49,876 bases of DNA from a candidate division Hyd24-12 bacterium UBA5074 (GTDB lineage: Bacteria; Fermentibacterota; Fermentibacteria; Fermentibacterales; Fermentibacteraceae), in contig DIAQ01000064.1 in assembly GCA_002414865.1 (NCBI GenBank), positions 31,698 through 81,573 of the forward strand. The letters run 5' to 3'. Of the stretch, positions 27,172 through 36,297 are shown piece by piece. The notes beneath the pieces are model-generated. The model made no database searches, was not told the DNA's origin, and was given only the letters and a program-made list of their open reading frames with translations. Position 1 is the stretch's first letter. Every line of letters begins with the position of its first letter. Made by a program: the position numbers and the translations under genes.

Positions 27172-28707
27172 ATGCTGGCTCGCACGAGGAGCCTCGGGCT
27201 CTACGGGATCGACGGCTACTCCGTGGATGTCGAGGTGGACATGGTCCGCGGGCTCCCGACCTTCACGACGGTCGGCCTGCCGGACAGCGCGGTCAAGGAG
27301 TCGAGGGAGAGGGTCATAGCGGCGATAGCCAACCTGGGCATAACGCTGCCCCCCAGGCGCACCACCGTGAACCTAGCTCCGGCGGACCGGAGGAAGGAGG
27401 GGCCAGGATTCGACCTGCCCATAGCCGTGGGCCTGCTGGCGGCGGCCGGGCTGGTCCCTGCGGAGAAGGCCTGCTCGCTCGTCTACGTCGGTGAGCTAGC
27501 GCTCGACGGCTCGCTCCGGCCTGTGCGCGGAGTCCTCCCCATGGCTTCCTGCAGGAGGCCCGAGGATGGCGAAGGCCTCGTCGTGCCGATGGCGAACGCC
27601 TCTGAAGCCGCGCTCGCGGCCGGGGGAAGGGTGTTCGCCGCGGGCAGCCTCTCCGAGGTCGTCTCCTTCCTGAGAGGCTCGTCCGAGCTGCAGGCGGTCA
27701 GCGTGGATGTGGCCGAGTTTCTGGAGAGGCCCTGCCCGGGCGAGATGGACTTCTCGGACGTGCGCGGACAGGAGCAGGCCAAGAGAGCCCTCGAGGTCGC
27801 CGCGGCAGGCGGACACAACATCCTGATGATAGGACCGCCCGGCTCGGGGAAGACGATGCTCGCGCGACGGCTGCCCACCATCCTCCCGCCCCTCACGCCG
27901 GTAGAGGCCCTCGAGACGACAAGGATCCACAGCGTCGCCGGACTCGTCGACGAAAGGCGCCCTCTCGTCTCGAGGAGGCCCTTCAGGGCTCCACACCACA
28001 CCGTGTCCGACGCCGGGCTCATAGGCGGCGGCACCTACCCGAGGCCCGGAGAGGTGAGCCTGGCCCACAACGGAGTGCTCTTCCTCGACGAGCTCCCCGA
28101 GTTCAGGAGGAATGTCCTGGAGGTCCTGCGACAGCCCATGGAGGACTGCTTCGTGACGATCTCGAGGGCGGCCACCTCCCTCACCTACCCGGCGGGCTTC
28201 ATGCTCGCGGCGGCCATGAATCCATGCCCGTGCGGCTTTCTGACCGATCCGGGCAAGACGTGCTCCTGCAGCTCCGTACAGATCCAGAGCTACCTGCATC
28301 GCATTTCCGGCCCTCTCCTGGACAGGATCGACATCCATGTCGAGATCGCTCCGGTGAAGTACGGAAGGCTCGCAGGAGCGCCCACAGGCGAATCCTCGGA
28401 AACCGTTTCCGGCCGCGTCTGCAGGGCGAGGGGGCGGCAGATCGAGCGCTTCGCCCGCAATCCCGGGGTGTTCTGCAACGCCCGGATGTCATCTTCTCTC
28501 ATCAGGAAGCACTGCCAGCAGACCGAAGAGGTGGCTTCGCTGCTCAGGTCGGCCGTGGAGCATTACCGCTTCTCGGCCCGGGCGTACGATCGCATCCTCA
28601 AGCTGTCCAGAACCATCGCCGACCTGGAGGATTCCGACGCGATCCTGCGCGACCATGTCGCCGAGGCGGTGCAGTACAGGGCGCTCGACAGGGATTACTG
28701 GCAGTAG
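27172..28707 (+). CDS. comM: YifB/ComM family Mg-chelatase-like AAA+ ATPase
   Basis: VGLPDSAVKESRER, NLAPAD..KEG..FDLPIA, GPPGSGKTMLA, RAPHHT, PGEVSLAHNGVLFLDELPEF, AAMNPCPCG, SGPLLDRID. Confidence 0.96.
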   Translation: MLARTRSLGLYGIDGYSVDVEVDMVRGLPTFTTVGLPDSAVKESRERVIAAIANLGITLPPRRTTVNLAPADRRKEGPGFDLPIAVGLLAAAGLVPAEKACSLVYVGELALDGSLRPVRGVLPMASCRRPEDGEGLVVPMANASEAALAAGGRVFAAGSLSEVVSFLRGSSELQAVSVDVAEFLERPCPGEMDFSDVRGQEQAKRALEVAAAGGHNILMIGPPGSGKTMLARRLPTILPPLTPVEALETTRIHSVAGLVDERRPLVSRRPFRAPHHTVSDAGLIGGGTYPRPGEVSLAHNGVLFLDELPEFRRNVLEVLRQPMEDCFVTISRAATSLTYPAGFMLAAAMNPCPCGFLTDPGKTCSCSSVQIQSYLHRISGPLLDRIDIHVEIAPVKYGRLAGAPTGESSETVSGRVCRARGRQIERFARNPGVFCNARMSSSLIRKHCQQTEEVASLLRSAVEHYRFSARAYDRILKLSRTIADLEDSDAILRDHVAEAVQYRALDRDYWQ

Positions 28708-28735
28708 GTGCGAATCGCGCTGCCGGGGCAGGGTC

Positions 28736-29101
28736 TCAGATGCTGAACCTTCCCTCGGCCGGAAAGGCGTTCTCGAATATCTCCACCGTGAATCCGCCCG
28801 GCTTCCCGCGGACCACGGCCACGTCGAAGCGCGAGTAGCCCTCGAATCCCGTGGAGGAGAGCCAGAGCGCCGCGGTCATCGAGATCTTCCGGCGCTTGGC
28901 CCTGTCCAGCTTCTCCAGGGGCCGGGTTGCACTCCCCTCCGCGGCCAGCTTGACCTCCACGAAAACGGCCGTGTCCGCCTCGAGGGCGATTATGTCCAGC
29001 TCGCCGCACGGAACGGCCCAGTTGCGCTCGAGGATCCTCCCTCCGCGCGCGGCATAGACTGCAGCCGCCGCTGCCTCCGCCTCCCTGGATACGGCGCTAA
29101 T
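28736..29101 (-). CDS. yraN: YraN family putative endonuclease
   Basis: Frame reads [51 protein letters not shown]...RFDV...FENAF. There is no canonical start before the conserved N-terminus; ATT at 29101 overlaps the rnhB stop. Confidence 0.85.
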   Translation of the reverse strand: MSAVSREAEAAAAAVYAARGGRILERNWAVPCGELDIIALEADTAVFVEVKLAAEGSATRPLEKLDRAKRRKISMTAALWLSSTGFEGYSRFDVAVVRGKPGGFTVEIFENAFPAEGRFSI

Positions 29102-29756
29102 CGAAGAGCCCCGGCGAGGAGAGAGGAGCGAAGGAAAGCCTGTGGAGCGGACAGGGGCCGAGCCTCCGCAGCGCCTCCATGTGCTCCGGGGACCCGTACC
29201 CCTTGTTGGACGCGAAGCCGTATCCGGGCCAGAGCCGGTCGGCTTCGATCATGATGGTGTCCCTGGTGACTTTTGCGAGCACGCTCGCGGCGGCCACGCT
29301 GAGGCTCCGGGAATCCCCCCGGACCACGAACTCGGCAGCGAAGCCCAGCCCGGCCATGGGTAGGCCGTCGATGATACAGATGTCCGGCTTGATGGAGAGG
29401 CCCCCCAGGGCTCTCTCGAAAGCCGTTCTCGTTGCGCGGGAAATGCCCATCAGGTCGATATCGTGAGGCTCGACCAGACCTGTGGCCCAGCAGATCGCGG
29501 ACTCCTGGACCGCCTCGAAGGCCTTCCGCCGGGCCCTGTCCCGGAGCTTCTTGCTGTCGTCGACCCCCGGGATCGCCAGCCCGGGGGGCAGAATCGCGGC
29601 TGCAACCACGAGAGGTCCGGCGAGCGGCCCCCTGCCGGCCTCGTCCAGGCCTGCGAGCAGAGCCCGTCCTGCCCTGCGGCTCTCGTCGAACTCCAGCAGC
29701 CCGGGGCTGCGGGAGCCGGAGCTAGAAGGCCTTCTTCTCCCGGATACGTGCTGCAC
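29097..29756 (-). CDS. rnhB: Ribonuclease HII
   Basis: [52 protein letters not shown]. Start uncertain (GTG 29756). Confidence 0.95.
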   Translation of the reverse strand: MQHVSGRRRPSSSGSRSPGLLEFDESRRAGRALLAGLDEAGRGPLAGPLVVAAAILPPGLAIPGVDDSKKLRDRARRKAFEAVQESAICWATGLVEPHDIDLMGISRATRTAFERALGGLSIKPDICIIDGLPMAGLGFAAEFVVRGDSRSLSVAAASVLAKVTRDTIMIEADRLWPGYGFASNKGYGSPEHMEALRRLGPCPLHRLSFAPLSSPGLFD

Positions 29757-30072
29757 GGCCTCTCTTCTGCCTGAGGAAGTACAGCTTCGCCCTCCGCACC
29801 TTGCCGGCGCGGACGACTTCGACCCCGGCGACCTTGGGAGAACAGAGGGGGAATATCCTCTCCACGCCCACGCCGTTCGAGATCTTGCGGACAGTGAAGG
29901 TCTCGGATGCCGCGCCACCGCGGCGGGAGATCACCACGCCCTCGAAGACCTGTACCCTAACCTTGTCGCCCTCGACGACCTGGTAGCTGACCCTGACGGT
30001 GTCCCCCGGCCTGAAGGCGCCGATGCCGGCGCTCGGCTGGTTGATCTCGGCCTTCCTCAGAAGCTCATCCAT
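29722..30072 (-). CDS. rplS: 50S ribosomal protein L19
   Basis: FRPGDTVRV...[10 protein letters not shown]...[18 protein letters not shown]...[12 protein letters not shown]; AAGGAG RBS. Confidence 0.97.
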   Translation of the reverse strand: MDELLRKAEINQPSAGIGAFRPGDTVRVSYQVVEGDKVRVQVFEGVVISRRGGAASETFTVRKISNGVGVERIFPLCSPKVAGVEVVRAGKVRRAKLYFLRQKRGRAARIREKKAF

Positions 30073-30814
30073 CGTGCTCCTTAGAACGCGCCGCCTTCCG
30101 CATGGCTTCGGAAAAGGCGGCCCGAACCTCTCTGAGGTCCCTTCCCTCCAGAAGCTCCGGCCTTGTCGAGCCGGTTCTCCCGAGGGCGGCCCGGAACCTC
30201 CACTCCTCGACCTGGGCATGATCTCCGGAGACGAGAACCTCCGGAACCGCCATGCCCTCGAACACTGCCGGCCGCGTGTATCTGGGATAGTCGAGGAGAC
30301 CCGTCGCGAAGCTGTCGGACTCTGCCGACTCGAGCCTCCCCAGGACTCCTGGTACCCAGCGCAGCACGGTTTCCATCAACAACATGGCCGGAACCTCGCC
30401 ACCCGAGGTCACGAAGTCCCCTACACTCACGCAGTCCGATACGGCTGCCTCGACGAACCTCTCGTCGATCCCGCCGTAGCGGCCGCAGAATATGATCAAG
30501 CTGCTGCAGGCGGCCAGCTCCCTCGCCAGCCCGGTGTCGAGACGGCGCCCGACCGGTGACATCAGGACGACTCTGGCCCCCTCGTGCCACTCCACCGACC
30601 TGAGTGCCGCGAAGAGCGGCTCCGGGCGCATGAGCATTCCCGCTCCGCCCCCGAACTGATAGTCATCCACGGAGCCCCTGGCGTCCACCGCGAAGCTCCT
30701 GATGTTGACCAGCTCGATCTCCACCAGGTCGGAGGCCGCTGCGCGCCCCACCACTCCGCACCCGAGGAAGGGCTCGAAGAGCCCGGGGAAGAGCGTGGCC
30801 ACGGCCATTCTCAC
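30065..30814 (-). CDS. trmD: tRNA (guanine37-N1)-methyltransferase
   Basis: [58 protein letters not shown]. Confidence 0.97.
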   Translation of the reverse strand: MRMAVATLFPGLFEPFLGCGVVGRAAASDLVEIELVNIRSFAVDARGSVDDYQFGGGAGMLMRPEPLFAALRSVEWHEGARVVLMSPVGRRLDTGLARELAACSSLIIFCGRYGGIDERFVEAAVSDCVSVGDFVTSGGEVPAMLLMETVLRWVPGVLGRLESAESDSFATGLLDYPRYTRPAVFEGMAVPEVLVSGDHAQVEEWRFRAALGRTGSTRPELLEGRDLREVRAAFSEAMRKAARSKEHDG

Positions 30815-31329
30815 GGCCCTGCCTCCAGATCGCTCAAGCCCTCCGGCAGGGTCATCTCGACGGTTCCCCTCGTCCAGTCGATCACCCCGGTCCCGAGGAC
30901 CATGTTCACGGGGACGGGGAACGACCTGCCGCTCATGGAAACCGTGAGGCGCGGGTTCGACGGGTCGAAGTCCACCTCCTGCACCGTGCCGGTCTCACCG
31001 CGTGATGTCAGCTCCATCCCCTCGAACAGCGACGAGGGCAGGAACCCTTCGATGCGGAGCACCTCAAGGCGAAGGGCGGTCAGCGCCTGCCCCTTCAGCT
31101 CCTCCACGCGCTCCCTGTCATCGATTCCGGCGAAACCGACCAGCAGGGACTCCCTGCTCCGGACCGAGCAGCGGCTTACAACGAGCCCGGTGCCTCCGGC
31201 TTCGAGTTCGAGCCCTCCCGGGAGGGCGGCGGGGGGGATGAGGGTTTCGACGCCCACGACCGCGAGCCCCTGGACACCATGGGCCCGCAGGACCGTGCCC
31301 ACGGCGATCCGCCCGGGAAGTCGATGCAC
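30811..31329 (-). CDS. rimM: Ribosome maturation factor RimM
   Basis: VGTVLRAHGVQG, FAGIDDRERVEELKG; lies between khpA and trmD. Confidence 0.85.
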   Translation of the reverse strand: MHRLPGRIAVGTVLRAHGVQGLAVVGVETLIPPAALPGGLELEAGGTGLVVSRCSVRSRESLLVGFAGIDDRERVEELKGQALTALRLEVLRIEGFLPSSLFEGMELTSRGETGTVQEVDFDPSNPRLTVSMSGRSFPVPVNMVLGTGVIDWTRGTVEMTLPEGLSDLEAGP

Positions 31330-31330
31330 T

Positions 31331-31564
31331 TCAGTCTATTATCTCCAGGGTGGCCTTGAGGCCCTTCCTCGCGGCGGCTGAGCGGATGAGAGTCCGCATG
31401 GCCTTGGCGATGCGGCCTTCGCGACCGATCACCCTTCCGAGGTCGCTCTCGGAGACCCTGAGTTCGTAAACGATGACGCCGTCTTCTCCCTGCTTCTCCT
31501 CGATCTGGACCTCATCAGGGTTTTCGACGAGGATCTTGGCGACCATCTCGATGAGTTCCTTCAT
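31331..31564 (-). CDS. khpA: KH-domain RNA-binding protein KhpA
   Basis: LVENPDEV...DLGRVIGREGRIAKAMRT. Confidence 0.93.
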   Translation of the reverse strand: MKELIEMVAKILVENPDEVQIEEKQGEDGVIVYELRVSESDLGRVIGREGRIAKAMRTLIRSAAARKGLKATLEIID

Positions 31565-31594
31565 TGGGGCACCCCAGTCCTTTCAGGTTGCGGG

Positions 31595-31942
31595 TCAGTT
31601 GGGGCGGTCAGGGCCGGCGGACTCCGTCGAAGTCCTCTTCCCTCCCTTGAGGAAGATCACTTCCGGAGCCACTTCCTCGCCCGCCTGGAGCTTGCTCCAG
31701 CGGGCCCAGGTGCCTGTGCGGCGGAGCAGGCTGCGGACGGTCTCCGTGGCCTGCGCCCCGCGCTTCATCCATTCGAACACCTTGGCCTCGTCCACCCGGA
31801 TCTCCTGCGGCCTGCGCAGGGGGTCGTAGTAGCCGAGGACTTCCAGGAACCTGCCGTCCTGCGCCTTGCGGGCATCAGCCGCGACGATGCGGTAGAAGGC
31901 GAGCTTGCTGGTTCCCATTCTGCGAAGGCGGATGCGGACCAA
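31595..31942 (-). CDS. rpsP: 30S ribosomal protein S16
   Basis: MVRIRLRRMG...FYRIVAADAR...DGRFLEVLGYYDP...GAQATETV; TTG start with GGAGG RBS. Confidence 0.97.
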   Translation of the reverse strand: MVRIRLRRMGTSKLAFYRIVAADARKAQDGRFLEVLGYYDPLRRPQEIRVDEAKVFEWMKRGAQATETVRSLLRRTGTWARWSKLQAGEEVAPEVIFLKGGKRTSTESAGPDRPN

Positions 31943-31957
31943 GTGACACCTCCGGTT

Positions 31958-33274
31958 TCACGATCTGAAGAGGGAGTTCAGGCGTCCAGCCTTCTTGACC
32001 CTCTTCAGCATTGTTTTCATGGCCCTGAACTCCTGCAGGAGCCTGTTGACATCCCTGACCGTGGTCCCGCTCCCGCGGGCTATCCTCTTCCTGCGACTCC
32101 CGTCGATCCTCTCGGGGTCGCGCCTCTCGGAAGGCGTCATCGAGGAGATGATCGCCTCCATCTTCACGAACTGCGAAGGATCTACGCTCGCGCCCGGGGG
32201 CAGCGCCTTCCCGGGGAGAAGCGCCAGGATGTCCTGCAGAGGACCCATCCTGCGCAGCTTCCCGAGCTCCCCGGCGAAGTCCTCGAGGGTGAACTCGGCC
32301 TTCCGCAGCTTCCTCTCGAGCTGCATGGCCTCCTCGACGTTCGCGATGTCCTGGGCCTTCTCGACCAGGCCCACGATGTCGCCCATGCCGAGGATGCGGC
32401 CGGCCATCCTCGCGGGATCGAAGAGCTCGAGGCCGTCGACGCCCTCGCCGGTGCCGAGAAAGCGAATGGGCTTCCCCGAGACCCCGGCGAAAGACAGGGC
32501 GGCCCCGCCCCTCGAATCGCCGTCCATCTTCGTCAGGATGGCCGAGGTGTACCCGGCCCGCCTGTCGAATTCCTCCGCGACCGTCAGCGCATCCTGACCC
32601 GAGAGCCCGTCCAGCACCAGGAAGGTTTCCCTGGGTGAGACCGCCTCCCTGATCCGGAGGAGCTGGCTCATCATCTCGTCGTCCACGTGGAGCCGCCCTG
32701 CGGTGTCCACGATCAGCAGATCGAACATGTGCCGGTCTGCCTCGGCCTTCGCCGAAAGAGCGACCTCGACGGGATCGGCCGATTTCCTGTCGGCCCAGAA
32801 TCCCGCTCCCGCCCTGCGCGCCAGGACTTCCAGCTGGTCGATGGCAGCCGGGCGCTGCAGGTCGCACGCGGCAACCAGGGGGCGGCGCCCCCTCCTTGCC
32901 GATGCCCAGCGGGCGAGCTTCGCCACGGTGGTGGTCTTGCCGCTGCCCTGCAGCCCTGCCACCAGCCACACCGCCGGGACGCGGCCTCCCATGTCGGGAG
33001 GTTCTGCCGATCCTCCGAGGAGAGCCACGAGCTCCTCGTGGACTATACCCACTATCTGCTGTCCGGGCGTCAGGCTCTTCAGCACTCGCTCGCCGGCGGA
33101 CTTCTCGGAGACCCGATCGACGAACTGCTTGACGACCTTGAAGTTTACATCAGCTTCAAGCAGAGCCCTGCGTATTTCGCGCATGGCTTCCTGCAGGTCG
33201 GCCGGCGACACCACCCCCCTGCCGCGGAGGCGGTTCAGAGCGTCGGCAAGCCTCCCGGTGAGCTTCTCGAACAA
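31958..33274 (-). CDS. ffh: Signal recognition particle protein
   Basis: ALLEADV, GLQGSGKTT, DTAGR, TKMDG..RGGAALS, RILGMGD, SRRKRIARGSG. Confidence 0.98.
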   Translation of the reverse strand: MFEKLTGRLADALNRLRGRGVVSPADLQEAMREIRRALLEADVNFKVVKQFVDRVSEKSAGERVLKSLTPGQQIVGIVHEELVALLGGSAEPPDMGGRVPAVWLVAGLQGSGKTTTVAKLARWASARRGRRPLVAACDLQRPAAIDQLEVLARRAGAGFWADRKSADPVEVALSAKAEADRHMFDLLIVDTAGRLHVDDEMMSQLLRIREAVSPRETFLVLDGLSGQDALTVAEEFDRRAGYTSAILTKMDGDSRGGAALSFAGVSGKPIRFLGTGEGVDGLELFDPARMAGRILGMGDIVGLVEKAQDIANVEEAMQLERKLRKAEFTLEDFAGELGKLRRMGPLQDILALLPGKALPPGASVDPSQFVKMEAIISSMTPSERRDPERIDGSRRKRIARGSGTTVRDVNRLLQEFRAMKTMLKRVKKAGRLNSLFRS

Positions 33275-33315
33275 GCTCTTCCTCCAGAGAATGTGGCAAC
33301 CGGTCTAAGTAGAAA

Positions 33316-33344
33316 AGTATACGATTCCCGGCGGGCCGTTTCAA
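33316..33344 (-). promoter_or_regulatory. Putative sigma70 promoter of the ffh-rpsP operon
   Basis: Minus strand TTGAAA-N17-TATACT. Confidence 0.75.
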
Positions 33345-33407
33345 GTGCCGGGTTCCCGGGACTTTCCGGGAGGGTCGCGCAGTCCTCGCCGGGAATCCCG
33401 CACTGCC

Positions 33408-34055
33408 TCAGCGAAGGCTCTGGATCGCGGCGGCCGGATCGCCCGCGCGGGAGATGAACGACCCCGCTATCAGGATCCCGGCTCCGAGCTCCCTGAGCGC
33501 CCTCGCATTGTCCGCCGTGACTCCGCCGTCCACGGACACCGAGGCGGTGGAGCCCGCCCTGTCGAGGATGCTCCTGACCTCGGCGATCTTCGGTCTGACG
33601 TAATCAAGGTGCTTCTGCCCGCCATATCCCGGATTGACGGTCATGACCAGGACATCGTCCAGGCAATCGACGCACCAGCGGATGCAGCAGGCCGGGGTGG
33701 CGGGGTTGAGGGCTGCTCCCGCCCTGGCGCCGAGTTCCCGTATCCTCTGCAGCAGACGGTCGAGATGAGGCGCAGCCTCCGCGTGAATGGTCACGAGCGC
33801 GCATCCGGCGTCGACGAAACCCTCTGCGAGAGTTCCCGGCGCCGAAACCATGAGGTGGGCCTCCACGGGTATCGTGACGCGCGCCCTGACGGCCCTTGCC
33901 ACGCCGGCTCCGAATGTCAGCTCCGGGACGAACACGCCGTCCATGACATCGAGATGGATCCTGTCCGCCCCGGCCTGCTCGAGCCTCGCAGCCTCGTCTC
34001 CGAGCCTGCCCATGTCGCAGCTCAGCAGGGAGGCTGCCACCTCCGCCCGCCTCAC
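33408..34055 (-). CDS. rpe: Ribulose-phosphate 3-epimerase
   Basis: ASLLS, HLDVMDGVFVP, EAHLMV, ALNPATP, VMTVNPGYGGQ, VDGGV, AGS. GTGA overlap start at 34055. Confidence 0.96.
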   Translation of the reverse strand: MRRAEVAASLLSCDMGRLGDEAARLEQAGADRIHLDVMDGVFVPELTFGAGVARAVRARVTIPVEAHLMVSAPGTLAEGFVDAGCALVTIHAEAAPHLDRLLQRIRELGARAGAALNPATPACCIRWCVDCLDDVLVMTVNPGYGGQKHLDYVRPKIAEVRSILDRAGSTASVSVDGGVTADNARALRELGAGILIAGSFISRAGDPAAAIQSLR

Positions 34056-34840
34056 CAGGCACCCCATCCTTCGCCCTGCTCGCCGGTGCTGTCCGCAGGC
34101 GAAGGGGCGACTCCACCGGAGACCGTCACCCAGACCGTGTCGCCCTCCGAGAAGCTCCCCCCGGGCGAGGGCTCTTGGCCGGAGATGAGGGAGCCGGACC
34201 GGGGTGCTCCGTCCCTGTAGACGAGGACGATCGAATGCAGTCCGGCGATGCTGTCGGCGAACCCGGTCTCCATCCCCTGGAAGAGCGGGAGCCCCTGCCA
34301 GCCCGTGGAGACCAGCAGCCTGACCGGCGTCTCGACCGAGAGGCTCTCGGGGATCATCGGGCAGACGGCTATCACCGAGCCTTCGGGGATGGTGGGGTGC
34401 GGGGCGCGGCTCCTGCCGGCGGTGTAGAGCTGCCAGTCGGCGATCATCTCCTCTGCCTCGGTTGCGGTGAGACCGGGGAGAAGCTCGGGATGGTACTGCC
34501 TGAACAGCGGGCCCACGTTCCAGAAGATGCTGACGGGAGATCCCCTCGGAACCTGGCTGCCAGGCCCGGGATCCTGCCTCACGACGAGGCCCATGGTCTC
34601 CAGGTCGCCGTACTCGGACCACTGCGCGGCGAGCACGAGGCCGGAGGATTCTATCTCTCGCTGGGCGTCCTGCCTCGCCATGCCGATCACCGAGGGCACC
34701 GCGACGGGCTGGGCATTGGCGCCGAGCGCGGATACGAACCTCGGAGTGCTGAAGACCAGCGGTGCGGTCAGCAGCCCCGCCAGGAATGCGAGCACCGCTC
34801 CGGCAAGCGCCAGCAACAGGAACCTGCGGATGCCGCTCAT
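34052..34840 (-). CDS. Membrane-anchored PASTA domain protein
   Basis: N-terminal TM helix, VPSVIGM..A, VVRQDPGPG, VRLLVSTG, GQEPSPG..VTVS (three PASTA repeats); ATGA overlap. Confidence 0.88.
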   Translation of the reverse strand: MSGIRRFLLLALAGAVLAFLAGLLTAPLVFSTPRFVSALGANAQPVAVPSVIGMARQDAQREIESSGLVLAAQWSEYGDLETMGLVVRQDPGPGSQVPRGSPVSIFWNVGPLFRQYHPELLPGLTATEAEEMIADWQLYTAGRSRAPHPTIPEGSVIAVCPMIPESLSVETPVRLLVSTGWQGLPLFQGMETGFADSIAGLHSIVLVYRDGAPRSGSLISGQEPSPGGSFSEGDTVWVTVSGGVAPSPADSTGEQGEGWGAW

Positions 34841-35979
34841 GACTCCCTCGTCCAGCATGCGGCGAAATGACCGTCTATTCCATGCTCCGGTGGAAATATG
34901 CCAAGCAGCCCGTCCCTGACAAGAACCGGAGGCGCCGGGAAGGGAAGCCTCCTGAAGCCGGGATGCGACTGCTCGAACCGGATGACCTGTTCCTCGCGCT
35001 CCTCCTTCTCCAGGCTGCAGACGGAGTAGGAGAGCCAGCCCCCTCTGGCGACCGCGGCGGCGGCCTCGTCGAGAAGCTCCCTCTGGAGCAGGGAGCACTC
35101 GGCGAGCCTGTGCGCCGACCAGCCCCATCTCGCGTCGGGATGCCTGCGATAGATGCCCGTCGATGTACACGGCGCGTCCACCATGATCCCCGGCATCCCC
35201 GCCAGGGGCAGCCTCCTGCCGTCGGCCACGACGGGCAGGCTGTGGGACAGCCCGAGCCTGACGGCGTTCTCCCGCCACCTCGCGAACCTGGCTGCCGGGG
35301 TGTCGATCGAGATCACGAGCCCGAACGCGGGGTCGAGATGTACGGTCTTGCCTCCGGGAGATGCTCCTATCTCGGCAGCGGAACAGCCGCCGAGGGAGGC
35401 CACGCCTTCGCCGACGATCGCAGCGGCCTCGTCCTGCAGGTAGAGGGATCCGATCGCGGACGCCTCAGGGATATGCCCGCTCCTCTCCAGGGCCTTGAAG
35501 CCCGGGATGTACCGGCCCTCCCCGCCTTCGTCCCGCGACCAGCCGCCCAGAGGGGGCACTTCGTTGTCCCAGGCCATGAGCGCTTCGGCTCTCTCCCGGC
35601 CGAACGCCGCGACCCACCTTCCGTACAGGTCCTTCGGGTGGGACAGCCTGACCCAGGGCTCGAGCCCCTCGATCTCGCCGTCGCGCGCGAGCCTCCTGAG
35701 CACGGCGTTGGCGTACGAGCGGCCCGAACCGTCGGCGGCGCTGCATGCGGTCGAGACTGCGGCGTGCGCGGGCATCCCCATCACGAGCATCTGGACGGCA
35801 CCTATCCGGAGAGCCGAGAGGACCTGCGGATGGAGCCTGCCGAGGGGCCTCGAGGAGTACGCCTCCAGGGTGGCGTCGAGCCTGAGCCTCCAGATCGTGA
35901 CCTCCCGGACGAGCCTGAAGGCCAGTGCCCGGTCTCTCGGATCGTCCGGCATCACGACATCGCCGCCGCCCGTGAGCAT
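34837..35979 (-). CDS. rsmB: RsmB/NOL1/Sun family RNA m5C methyltransferase
   Basis: NusB-like N-domain (HAAVS, ANAVLRR), YLQDEAA, ASPGGKT, VDAPCTSTG..RRHPD, YSVCSL..EE, DGHF. Confidence 0.9.
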   Translation of the reverse strand: MLTGGGDVVMPDDPRDRALAFRLVREVTIWRLRLDATLEAYSSRPLGRLHPQVLSALRIGAVQMLVMGMPAHAAVSTACSAADGSGRSYANAVLRRLARDGEIEGLEPWVRLSHPKDLYGRWVAAFGRERAEALMAWDNEVPPLGGWSRDEGGEGRYIPGFKALERSGHIPEASAIGSLYLQDEAAAIVGEGVASLGGCSAAEIGASPGGKTVHLDPAFGLVISIDTPAARFARWRENAVRLGLSHSLPVVADGRRLPLAGMPGIMVDAPCTSTGIYRRHPDARWGWSAHRLAECSLLQRELLDEAAAAVARGGWLSYSVCSLEKEEREEQVIRFEQSHPGFRRLPFPAPPVLVRDGLLGIFPPEHGIDGHFAACWTRES

Positions 35980-36016
35980 GCGGGCCGCGGCGATGCGCGC
36001 CTGTGCGCCCGGCGGA

Positions 36017-36265
36017 TCAGGCCTGTGCGACGTTCTCCACCCTCTCGAGATCGGCGAAGGACTGCCTGAGGGTTCTCTCGACGCTGTACTGCAGCGTGAG
36101 GGCGGCGAAGGCGCATCCCGAGCACGAGCCCTTCAGCCGCACACGGACCACGCGGCCTTCGATCCCGACGAACTCGATGTCCCCACCGTCGTTCTGGAGC
36201 ATGGGCCTGATCTTCTCGATCTCCGCCCTGACGTTCTCCTCGTTGAACTCCAGCTTGTCTGCCAT
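36017..36265 (-). CDS. NifU/NfuA C-terminal domain Fe-S carrier protein
   Basis: IEKIRPMLQNDGGDIEFV...LKGSCSGC...TLQYSVERTL. Confidence 0.92.
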   Translation of the reverse strand: MADKLEFNEENVRAEIEKIRPMLQNDGGDIEFVGIEGRVVRVRLKGSCSGCAFAALTLQYSVERTLRQSFADLERVENVAQA

Positions 36266-36297
36266 GGTCATCCCTTCATCGATAGACGGGCCCGCCG

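Noticed and set aside
26886-27185. 99-aa minus-strand ORF in the intergenic region
   Set aside because: It crosses two promoters and the comM start, has low-complexity composition and no motif; better explained as a leader.
31595-31700. C-terminal extension of S16 (and the short basic tail of HU at ~48860-48891)
   Set aside because: Such extensions are common in these families.
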